The position numbers were made by a program, and so were the translations under genes. The notes below the pieces were generated by a model. It saw only the letters and a list, made by a program, of their open reading frames with translations. It ran no database searches and had not been told where the DNA came from. From Lama glama (Eukaryota): DNA of 64,000 bases. Below, one piece after another: positions 1-11,124 of this stretch (the first letter of the stretch is position 1; every line of letters starts with the position of its first letter). The stretch is from positions 20,152,001 to 20,216,000 of the forward strand of contig CM052817.1 of the NCBI GenBank assembly GCA_028534125.1, read 5' to 3'.

Positions 1-1729
1 TGGAAGTCAAGTAGAACTTCTAAACATTATCTTGTCAATTTCTTTATCCAATTATTTTACTCCCTGATATCAAGAACTCGAGTTATCATATTATCCTACA
101 GAATGAGTACCTGATTGATTCACTTCCAACATGTTCAGTTAGAAGTGTCCACAATACAGAGGAACATATCAGGTCAAGACTGGAGTTATTATTATACTGG
201 TGTTACTTACAACATTGAGTGTTTAGTGTTAACTAACATAAAATATACAAAGTCAAGAAAATTAAGCTAAGTAGAAACACAGGGGAAAGAAAACAATAGT
301 TAAGTGACTGATGTAAATTATTAATTAGGAAATAAATCTGATGAATAGCAGTTTGTTTTCTTCACTGCAGAGTATTTTTTAAAGTAATTAGAAAGACCCA
401 AATAAGGAGGAGAAAGATTAGAGTAATTTTGATCAAAAAGGAAATGATTTTTAAAAGAAGCAAAAAGAATGTGATTATTGAAATATTCTCTATGTTGTGT
501 TAGAATTAATTGAATGTATTAAGACAGATAATTCAGCAGATGAATGAAAGTGATATGATTTTTGTAGATTGCAGGATTTGGGGGTTTGATGACAAAAATG
601 AAGGAAACCAATAATATAATTTTAGTAGATTTGAGAATGAAGTAGCAGCCACAATTCTCAGCTGCCTCACTTGGGAGATCCCCTCCTAATTCTGCAGATG
701 TTATAATGAGAACATGTTACATGCGAATGAATAAAACATTCATTCCTGGAAGGGCATCACCTTATGGGGTCATCTGGCATTCAGTCTGTAGTATTCATTA
801 AATCAGCTCATGAAGACTGAGACTTAAGTGGTATTGTGAAGAGCCTGCAACCCTCAGGTCCCGCTCATTCATTATATCATCTGTGCACAGAGCAAGAAAA
901 GTTAATACTCATAAGTCTGAATTGCTTCACCTAGTTCTCCCAATTTCATTGTTCCACTGAAAAAAACCTAAAAACTGGAAAAGGGAAAGCTATCTACTCA
1001 TAACTTTTGCATTGGTTTTGGTTGCAAGTCGTTGTAGCATTTCACAGCCTTGATTTGTTAGTTTTCCTAGGTTATGCTGCCAACAAGCTGCCCTTTCCTA
1101 CAAGTAACAGGTGAGCAAGTAAACAAGTAGAAGAAGAAAAAGGAGAAACCATCCACAAAGGAGAATCGGAGGGATCATATGAGGAAAAATAAGAGAGCAG
1201 CATTTGGAAAAAAAAGTTAGGAAATGTTTGAGGACACAGTGGTCAACAGATCCAGATGCAACAGAGAAAAAGAAAGAAGTGTTTTGAACTTAGAGACACT
1301 GGCATTACCATTAAATGTCACAGGATCCTCCTCAAGGTTTGGGGAGGTGGGTGGTAATAGGGCATCAAAACTACATCATCACATAAAAATAATATTCAGG
1401 AGTGGAATACATGTGAATTAAAATGATAAATGCACAGTATAGTAGAAAACTCAATGGAAATGACAAAGAGAAAAGGGAAACACAAATACACTAGAGTTGC
1501 TGGTTTGGAATTAAGTCTTTGTCTAAAACTGTTATTTGATGTCTTGGAAGGAGTTTTGAAATCCTGTGCTCTTGACTTAAAGGCTCACTCTTAACCTATT
1601 GTTAACAATTCAAAATGACTCAAATTCATAATAAAAATGATAATACAGGATGAAATAATTTCTTCTTTACAGCATTGCACACTTATTTGTTTATTTGTTG
1701 CTCTTTTTGAGAGTAACAGGACTTTATTT

Positions 1730-2900
1730 AGAAAAGTGGGAAATACAGAAAAATATAAAGAAGAAAATAATTTCCAGAAGTCTCAAAATGAATAACAATT
1801 ATGACCATTCTACATTATTTCCTTCAATCTTTTTTTTTGATGAAACTATAATACATGTGAATATTTGCATGTACTTTGCTAAAAATTCAGACCACGCTCC
1901 ACATTCAACTATGCAAAATGTTATTCCTTTTATAAACATATTGTGAGCACTGTTACCACAATAGTAAATTTTTAATGTCTGCACAACTATATTCTGTTTC
2001 ATTGCTGTATTGAAAGAGTAGTTTATAATTCTGTCCTTTTAGGTAATTTGGATTCTCAGTATTTCATGAATATATAACTGTGATCTACATTTCTGTTTAC
2101 ATATATATCTTAATTATAATTTCTGGGTATAGTTTTAAGATGAAATCCTGAAATTAAATTATGAAGTCAAGAATAGCAAAAATGTAAGGTTTTAACAGAT
2201 TTGTAGCTCTCACACGAGTTGTAGTAATTTTATTGTCACCAGGAATATAAGTAGGTTCACTCTCTCTACATCCTAAAAAGATAAATATGATTAGTATTGT
2301 TATTTAACTCTAAAAATTATAAGTATTAGAGTTGAAAATAGTGTGTTTCTATTTATAGATTTTTATTATTAAGATTTAAATGTTATATGTATTTGTTTCT
2401 TATTTATTATTCATTGCTTTCTGTCTTGCCATTTGCTTTTGTGAAATCTCTGTTCAAAACCTGTCCCATTTTTTCCTGCTGGACCATTACTTGTTTAATT
2501 AAATTTTTAGATTTTATTGCATTACCATACTAATCTATTGTGTTAAATATATGTATCATTTACCCCTTTTTATCAACACTCTGAATTGTAACATGCCTTT
2601 TCATGCACAAAGTTTACATTTTTCATATGGTAGTACTTTCTCTCTGTCTTTTAAAATTTCTATAACTAGTTTTTAGGTCATAAATATTTGGTTTTTTGTA
2701 TTACATCTTCCTTAGATTTACAAAGAACTTCATCAAAATCAAGTTTTGTCATACAGTCGGAAGAAAAATCTTTGCCTCGTTTACCATTTACCAAAAATTT
2801 TATTGAATTAAATCCTTCTTCTTTAGTGATTTTTGTGTGTGTGTGAAGCATGTTATCAATGTATCCTTGTAAACAAAGCTTCATTGTTATTATTGGTACA
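1730..2900 (-). mobile_element. Ancient LINE-1 (L1M-type) 3' region, highly degraded
   Basis: T-rich sequence follows antisense L1 ORF2-end landmarks (…ttgtagtaattttattgtcaccaggaatataagtagg…, …gtgaaatctctgttcaaaacctgtcccatttttt…). Boundaries approximate. Confidence 0.55.
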
Positions 2901-3813
2901 GTGAGTTAAGTTAGTACTATTCAGTGGTTTCTACATTTTCTTATTTATTTATTAAGTTGAATTAAATTATTCATTTTAAAGATGTGCAGTGAGACTAACA
3001 CCGTGGCCATGGAAAAAGAGAGTGAACAAGACACGGCAAGTGGGGGGCTTTAGTTTGCCTGCAGTGACCTTTCACATACGTATAAGCAAGGAAGCAGTTG
3101 AAAATCATATTTTGTTTGCAAAAATATATGCATGTTTCAGAAATTTCAGCTTATTGTTTATGGTTTCCTCTCCAGCTATATTTTCTTTACTTCTTTCATA
3201 TACAGGAAACAAATAAGGTCATGTCAGAAAAGGACTAAGAACCTGTCTCTGATTGTTTGAGAACAGATACAGAAAACATTTTCATGACAACCATTAAAAC
3301 AGAAGAAAAACTATTTGCAAGCATTTACTTTCTATCATATTTCAAAATCTCCAAATCAAAAAACTCCAAAAAAGAATTTTGATTCAATATTATGAATAGT
3401 TGAAACTAATAACTACAAATTGCTATCTTCTGCTATATATTGGGCACCTAGCTATCACAGCAATCTTATGAAATTATTATACATTTATGTCATAGGAAAC
3501 TAATTCTCAGAGTTGAAATAACTTGTAAAGGGCACAGGGATAATGGCAGTATCAGTTCTCCTCAAAACCAAGTCTTTATGAGTCTCATCTGATGAACTTA
3601 ATCACCCTCTTACACTCCCACTTATGTTAGAACTCATTAGTGCTAAAGAATATTCAATCAGGACAGTCTAAATTAAGTTTAGTTAAAGCTTTATAAAACA
3701 GTATCAGAGGTTACCCAGAAAATGATTCCTTGAAAGTTTTTCAGTTTGATCCTTTTCAAAGATGTTTGGTTTCCTTATATCTATAAGAAAATGGTGCTTC
3801 AGTAAGTTGGAAT

Positions 3814-3860
3814 CTCTCTCTCTCTTTACATACACACACACACACACACACCCCCCCCCC
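3814..3860. repeat. Compound microsatellite (TC)n-(CA)n-(C)n
   Basis: Directly visible. Confidence 0.95.
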
Positions 3861-4500
3861 AAGGAGGCAAATAATTTCCACTGTTGGTATAATTGCATGC
3901 TCTTGGATATAAAGAAAATCTTTATTAGAGTAAAGGAGGTGCTATGAATAACTGCACTGTGACAGCAATAATGAACCAAGACTTTCTAGGACAAAATAGG
4001 ACATATGGTCACTCTACCCAAACTTCCCAATTATAACTTAAAAAAAGAAAGAATTCTACAACTTTCACTTTACAAGTAAAAGATAAAAAAAAAAAATGCT
4101 ATACCAGAAAGACACACTTGTAAGCCTGTAACAAACCAGAGACAGGTGGGGGTTGTGCAAAAAACAGTTCTACTGGAAGCAGGTTTTTTTATAGAATGAT
4201 GATAGTGAAAATACCATGCATAAGAATATATAAGATAACATATGTGAGATAAAGTAAAGCAGCAAGCATAGGAGATCTCAAATCTTTAAATATTTATATC
4301 CATAGAAATAAAAGATGAAAGAATGTTCATTAAATATCCAATTGAAAAGCTTGGAAAAAATAACAATAGAAAAATGAAGGCAATAAATTATATAGAATAA
4401 ATGTGTGAGTTATAAAACAAAAATACTCTATAAGAATAAACAAAAAGCAAAATGTCAAAAATACATATAAACTAACATGCATAAACTGACAAATCACTTA

Positions 4501-4652
4501 TGTTACATAACCTCCCAGATAGTCCCCAAAGGCCCCCACCTCCCAGCATTCATAGTTTTGTATAATCTCCTTGCCTTGAGTGGAGGCTAGATTTATTAAT
4601 CCAATTCTAATGAACTCAGGAGGTGAGAGGATGCCATTTCTGAGTTTAGGTT
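4501..4652 (+). mobile_element. MaLR LTR 5' fragment (MLT1E/F-like)
   Basis: tgttacataacctcccagatagtccccaaaggcccccacctcccagcattcat…ccttgagtggaggctag…gatgccatttctgagtttaggtt matches the recalled MLT1E/F 5' end. Confidence 0.7.
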
Positions 4653-4660
4653 TCAGCATT

Positions 4661-5404
4661 GAACCCTCCTACACTGCTGGTAGGAATGTAGTTTGGTTCA
4701 GCCATTATGGAAAATAGTACAGAGATTCCTCAAAAAACTAAAAATAGACTTAACGTATGATCTAGCAATCCCACTCCTGGATATACATTTGGAGGGAACT
4801 CTAATTCAAAAAGATACATGCACCCCAGTGTTCATAGCAGCACTATATACAATAGCCAAGACATGGAAACAACCTAAATGTCCATCAACAGATGACTGAA
4901 TAAAGCAGCTGTGGTATATTTATACAATGGAATACTACTCAGCCATAAAAAATAAAATAATGCCATTTGTAGCAACAAGGATGGACCTAGAGATTGTCAT
5001 TCTAAGTGAAGTAATCCAGAAAGAGAACGAAAAATACCATATGATATCACTCATATATAGAATCTAAAAAAAAAGTAAAAAAGAGGACACTAATGAACTC
5101 ATCTACAAAACAGAAACAGACTCGCAGACATAGAAAACAATTTATAGTTACCGGGAGAAAAGGGGTGGGATGGGATAAATTTGGGAGTTTGAGATTTGCA
5201 AATGTTAGCCACTACATATAAAAATATATTTTTAAAAATTTCTTCTGTATAGCACAGGGAACTATATTCAACATATTATAATAACCTTTAATAAAGAAGA
5301 ATATGAAAAGTAATAATATGTATGTATATGCATGACGGGGTCATTGTGCTGTACACCAGAAATTGACACATTGTAACTGACTGCACTTCAATTAAAAAAA
5401 AAAA
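4661..5404 (+). mobile_element. Young lineage-specific LINE-1, 5'-truncated (ORF2 C-terminus, 3'UTR, poly-A)
   Basis: ORF 4693-4899 encodes the L1 ORF2p C-terminal motif (…[28 protein letters not shown]…), ending in a premature TGA. G-rich 3'UTR tract at ~5160; poly-A at 5394-5404. Confidence 0.95.
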
Positions 5405-5579
5405 CACAGTACTAAGTAATCAAATCAAAAATAAAAGGGGGATGATAAGGCAGAAACACACAAAATAAGAAATTTCAAGGCGACTATAGCTGATGAGAAA
5501 GGTAAAAAAATTAATCAGCAAATTTGTAATTAGTAGGACTTTTTTTAAGAGAAGTGGGCTGGGTATGTTAGTGGTATGA

Positions 5580-5830
5580 ATACATTGATGCCTCACTGTA
5601 AAGGAAAGTTTACTTTTAAATGCAAATACTAGACATCATTGTTTTGACTAAATGATTAAGCCTAGCATTGCTCATGGTGAAACAGCTTGATACAAGCCTC
5701 TTGAGGTGTTGTAACAAAGTACACGGCATTACCCAAGAAGTACTTTGCCACATGTGTTTTATCTGGATCTTACAAAATCTTTAAATCAAGTGCCCCATTA
5801 GAGGAAATACAGGTACACAGAGATCATCGA
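5580..5830 (+). mobile_element. Ancient L1 3'UTR fragment (L1MC/L1ME-like)
   Basis: …gactaaatgattaagcctagcattgc…cacggcattacccaagaagtactttgcc… resembles recalled L1MC4/L1ME3 3' ends. Confidence 0.45.
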
Positions 5831-6405
5831 AACAGGCTACTTCCTCTCTCCCCATCCCCAGCCACCACAGAGTACCTACTGGACACAATTTAACCTCTTT
5901 GGGGGTAAATTTCTTTCATTCTTTTCAGCAATAGAATAACTTTCTGGAAAAGATAAAATCAGCAATTTCTCCGACTACCTATCTTGCTCCCTCAGTTTCT
6001 GTTAAACTTTTCCTCTGAAAACACTAAGTGTTGGTTTCTATATACCTATTTTGTCTTAGATAACTTCTTCAAAAACTAATATTTGACTTGTACTAAATAT
6101 TTGGTAGATTTGCCGCCAGTTGTGGGTAATAACATTTTTCTAGTAAGGTGTTGGCTTTTTGCACCTTGGTGGTGAATTAATACAAATTCTAAAATCCTGA
6201 AACAAGTATACCATTCCCCAGTGAGATACAACTCAGTCAATTTCCTGGAAGATCCTTGACTTCATCCAGAAATTCATAATGCCTCCTGCCTCAAAGAAGT
6301 TTATGAAGTTGGAAAGTTTTGGGTTTCTTTTTTTCTTTTACCTTTATAACTTTAATGTAAAAATTCTGGTCTTTTTACTTATAAAGTATATTAATTTTTG
6401 GACTA

Positions 6406-6768
6406 TGCTATGGATTGAGTTGTGTTCCCCTCGAAATTCATATATTGAAGCCCTAACCCCAAAAGTGGCTGTATTTGGAGAGAGGGCTTTTAAGAAGGTA
6501 TTAAGGATAAATTAGATTATAGGACATAATTCAATATGACTGGTGTCCCTGTAGGAAGAGGAAGAGACAGCAGGGATGGGCGCACACAGAGAACAGGCCA
6601 TGAACAGGCATTCATCTGCAAGCCAAGGAGAGAAGTCTCAGGAGAAACCAAATTTGCAAATACTTTGGTCTTGAACTTCCAACTTGCAGAACAGGGAGAA
6701 ATAAATGTTTGTTGTTTAGGCCACCCATTCTAAAATATCCTGTTGTGGCAGACTAGCAGGCTAATACA
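6406..6768 (+). mobile_element. Solo MaLR LTR (MLT1A/MLT1B-like)
   Basis: TG…CA termini (tgctatggattg…ctaataca). Hallmarks aaattcatatattgaagccctaacccc and gcaagccaaggagagaagtctcaggagaaacc; AATAAA near the 3' end. Confidence 0.9.
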
Positions 6769-7874
6769 CATTGTAATTTTTAAATCTCCCCCTAGAAATT
6801 TGATATCGAGGAGGATTTATATTAAAATCTGGAATTCCTAATACTGTTATCAGAGTCTATTTATACTCTCATTCAATCTAACGGCATAGCCTTGGAGGAT
6901 CTTAGCTGGGGAAACATAACAAGCTTTGATTTAGAGTGGGAAATAAAAAAGCCAATGAATTTTCAGATCAAACTTTAGAGGCTTGTGGGGAGCACAAATT
7001 GACAGTAACAGCCCTTCTAGAAGTATCGACAAAGGAGCAGCTGTTGGTGGTGTGCGTGCTGCTGCCTTAGGAATGAGGGAGGACCGTCCTGAGGGAACAC
7101 TGAGCCCCTTCCTCGCGAGCAGTATCCACAGCTCCGGTTAAGCAGAAGCCTGAGATTCAAGTCAAATTAATTAAGGAAATACAAACCAGTGTAATATTAT
7201 AGGAGGAGAATTTCCTTTCCTTGGCTTTAGGTTTCCGTGTGGAAAGAGTTCTACCACAGTTACAGGACTAGACTCTTTCCACCTCCTCACCGACTTCTCT
7301 GCAGGAAAAAAAATGGATTGTCTACCTGACTGCTAAGTTTGGAGTCTAGTCTAGGTGTGCCCGGCTCAAGAATTTTCTTTTTACTTTACCTTTGATGCCA
7401 GCTTACCTGCATAGGTTAAGCTTCTATTCTCCTGTCCTTCTCCATCTTCTAAACTGTATACCCATTACTTGATAGGGAAGCCTCTGTGGTCCACCTCAGC
7501 CTGTGTCAGACTGAATATGACTGCCTATTTCCGGAGTGCAACTTTAGTAAGCCGTTTGGCCATATCCAAGTCAGGCTTGTCTGTGTAGCTATTCTAGGAT
7601 TAAAAAAAAAAAAAAAGGTGATGGTTGAATTTTCATCTGTTGACTTAAATTTACTTGCCAATTGTTTCCAAATTGAACGAGAAAGAGGACATCATGACTA
7701 GCTTATAGTATTTCAATAATGCAAATTAGTGTTCTCCAAAATAAATTGTTCCTTTCCCACGGAAATATGGGATAATCCAATGGGGAGTATTAAAAAGAGC
7801 ATTAGAATGTTCAGGATTTTTATCTAAAAATAAGAGAAAAGGCATTGTTGCATTAATACTTAATACAAGGAAAG

Positions 7875-8445
7875 ACAGCTTTCTATTTATGAACAATTGC
7901 TGTATGTGAGACATACTTTAGGTTCTGGGGAGCCAGTGATAAAAGAGACAGACAAAGATCCACCACATAAAACAGCTCCTTTCTGTCAAGGTTTTGTAAA
8001 ATAGGGAAGCAAACGATTGCATATGTAATTTAAATTTAGTGATAAGTACAATGAGAACTAATAAGGCAGAGAAAGCAGATAGACCATGGTGGAGGGATGT
8101 TGAGAAAGATGCTACTTTTTAGGACCAAGTGTAAGATTTCAGCAGAGGCCAGAAGGAAGTAAAAGGGTGACCCATGGGAAAAGGTCCTCTGACATGAAAT
8201 ATCATGGCATGTCTGAGGAAAAGAAAAGTGCTACATCATATGGGGGTGGTGTGGGCTTGGGAGATGGGAGGAGGAGCCAGCCGGAAGGAGAGGAGCCAGC
8301 ACATGAGAGGTTTCCTGGCATGGCTGGGATTTTGGATATTAGTCAGTGTGTGATAGGTCATTGGAAACTTCTGAGCAGGTGAGGTAATGACACGATCTGA
8401 TTTACCTTTTTAAATGATCTCTCTGGCTCCTGCATGAAGGAAAAT
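7875..8445 (-). mobile_element. LINE-2 3' fragment
   Basis: Antisense L2 landmarks: …tatgtgagacatactttaggttctggggagccagtgataaaagagacagacaaag… and …tgacacgatctgatttacctttttaaatgatctctctggct…. Confidence 0.7.
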
Positions 8446-8609
8446 AAAAATGTATTGTGGAATGTTCTTCTTTTATTTTTAATGCAAGCATGTTAAAAAA
8501 TGTTTGAGGGCCATTGATCCTAAAAATAAATGAATGTTTCAATTTTCTACACCTGCTCGTATGAGAAACAGAGCAAGCCAAGATTTCTCTTAATGATATC
8601 CTAGAACTA

Positions 8610-8862
8610 ATATGAAAATAGTATCAATAGAAATGCCATGGGATTTAGGGTCAGACCAAAACTAGAAATTAGTTCCAACTTGATCTCAGCCTAACCATGG
8701 GATGTCAGGTTAAGTTATTTGTGTTATGGGGGCCTCCATTTCTTTGTCTGCAAAATTACAATAATAATTATCATCTGGATTGTTTCTGTACGGACTAGAG
8801 CGATGCGTATTGCATCGAGTCCAGAGCAGAAAAATCAATAAATGTTGTTTCTCATTATTACT
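8610..8862 (+). mobile_element. MIR SINE
   Basis: Core ttaagttatttg…gcctccatttctttgtctgcaaaatt; tail tcaataaatgttg…cattattact. Confidence 0.65.
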
Positions 8863-10353
8863 GATGGCCAGATATGTTGGGCAAACAGAATTCAAATAAC
8901 AAAAAAAAAAAAAACAAAAAAACATGAGTTAAATTTTGCAGAACTCTGCTGAGAATATCCAGATCTCCAGATTTCCCAAATGATGAATATAGGAAGGGTA
9001 GAGGATAAACTGCTAGGGGTAGAAGGCATAGTGGCAGAGACTGAGAAATAGTCAGGCCAAGGATAAAGTAACTAAGATGACAACCATATGGTCAGTAATA
9101 GACAAAGTTTCCCGCCTGTCACTTCCTCTGTTTGAAAAATAATGTCATTTCATTTCCGGAGAGGTCCTTGGAGACAATAAAGTACCCTTCCAGCTCCTGC
9201 AATAGATTAATGAATAATTTTATCAAACCATTCAGGATAACTCAAGTCCAAAATTACTTTCAAGGGAAGAAACCATTTAATTGAGGCAAAATTGTTTGGT
9301 TTTGCTCCAATTATCCAGATAATTGCTTTCATTTTGTGTTTTACTTTTCGTGTGTTGGCAACCACTTGGTCTTGTAATCCAGCATTTGCTTTCTTTTCAT
9401 GCTCCTTTGTGCACAAGTTGGAAGATACAACCTCATTCCTCTGTAACTTTGTTCTTTTCCATGTCATTGATTTCTCCCTGTGGATCTAATCGAGCTTAAG
9501 CTTGCTTATGTTCATTTGTTTTCTGTTTGTCACGAGTAACTCTGATGATGTAGTCTTGTTTCTGAGAATAATGTGTTTACTGGAGACTTACTGTTGCAGA
9601 ACAAAGTGAAGAAATAAGGCATATGGAAGAGAGAGAGGTTGGGTGGGATGAGAACATCTTCAAATAATAGAACAGAATGTTACTTAATCAGTAAAAAAGA
9701 AAGTGAATGCTTGGCAATAATCTTTTTTTTTTTAAATGTGGAAAAGAAAAAGAAAGTGTAGGAGAAAAGAAAAGCAAAAACAAGGTAGGCCATAGCCAAC
9801 TGATAAATTTAGTACCTGAAATAAATTCTGAAACATACTCCATAATCAAATATTATAGTTTTCTAAGCGGTGACCACAGTAATCGGATGATTTCCAAAAT
9901 TTCACGGAAAATTGCCATGTGTAAACCATGCCTAATGATATTAGTAAAGCCATTTCTCTATTTTATGTGTGTATATTATCCACGGAGAAACACATTTAAG
10001 AATATATCTCTCATAATGACGTGGCAGGTAAATGAACATCTGATCGTATGATTCATTGTACATGCACTCTGATCTAAAAGAACATTCCTAATAAGTGTTC
10101 AGGTGAGCATTCCTTGAAGTATGTCCTCTAGAATTCTTGTCCCACAAGTTGCTTTATAAGCATGTTCTCTGTGATCAATTTCACTTGAAAATTCTCTCTC
10201 TAGGTATTTGCTTCAAGCTTTTTTTCAGATGTCCTGTTGAAACCAAGCCCTCCAGTCTTCAAAAGCCCCTCTGTGTTCTCAATTTTTTATCTGTAGAAAA
10301 TGGCTTTAGTCTCCTACGGCTTCCTTAGGTCCCAAAGAAAAAACTCAAGCAGT

Positions 10354-10857
10354 TATTAACTAGGGAAATGAGGAATTGTAGAAACAAAGGAAAGGCAGTC
10401 AAGCAAGAAAAGAATGATAGTTCAGTGACAGAACAGGGTCCTAGCTCCTCTTCAGGGCACATACAGAGCAACTTGAGGCACATCGCTGAGTTGTTCTGCA
10501 GAAGCTAAGGGTCCCCCACCCACCCAGGCAAAGGATGTTGCTGAACACAAGCACATAGACCCCAGACTCGTTGGAACCAGAAGATTGATGATTCAGATTC
10601 CTAAAACATCACCCTGTTATCTCACCACCAATCAATCAGAAGAAAGTCCAGGAGCTGCAACCCTTATCCCAAACATTGCCTTTAGAAACCCTCCCCTGAA
10701 AGCCACCTTGGATTTTGGGTCTTTTGAGCATTAACTGCACCTTCTCCTTGCTTGGCACCCTGATATAAATGTTATGCTTTCCTTCACCACAGCCCAGTAT
10801 CAATAGATTGGCTCTGCTGCATGGTGAGTGAGCAGATCCAAGTTCACATCAATAACA
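10354..10857 (+). mobile_element. Solo LTR of an ERV1-class endogenous retrovirus
   Basis: ~500 bp GC-richer island with near-inverted ends (tattaac…aataaca). U3/R-type motifs accaatcaatcagaagaa, cctttagaaaccct and gggtcttttgagcattaactg…ctccttgcttggcaccctg. No clean TSD. Confidence 0.75.
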
Positions 10858-10935
10858 ATTCATAAACATCAGCAAATTACCAGAATTAATTCTTCTGTTA
10901 TGTATTAGTCACAGAAAATAATACAGGGGAAAGCC

Positions 10936-11124
10936 TTTTTTTTTTAATTGAAGTATTGTTGATTTACAGTATTGTGTTAGTTTCAGTTGTACAGCAATGA
11001 TTCAGTTATACACATATATGTATATCATCTATATTCCTATCTTTGATTCTTTTCCATTATAGGTTATTACAAGACTTTGAATATAGTTCCCTGTGCTAGA
11101 CAGTTAAACCCTTGTTGTTTATCT
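10936..11124 (-). mobile_element. Short young L1 3' tail
   Basis: Poly-T followed by antisense L1 3'UTR (aattgaagtattgttgatttacag…aatatagttccctgtgcta). Degenerate TSD aggggaaagcc (10925-10935) / agggaagagct (11125-11135), 8/11 match. Confidence 0.9.

Larger units (their letters stand above)
4200..5540 (+). mobile_element. Ancient L1M ORF2 fragment, split by the MLT1 and young L1 insertions
   Basis: A-rich 4200-4500 resembles the post-endonuclease ORF2 region and ends …aaactgacaaatcactta. Sequence after 5404 (…atcaaaaataaaagggggatgataaggcagaaac…) resembles the next consensus segment. Confidence 0.45.

Noticed and set aside
1224..1380. Possible L2 remnant or 65-aa ORF
   Set aside because: Similarity is too weak to call by eye and the ORF has no recognisable homology.
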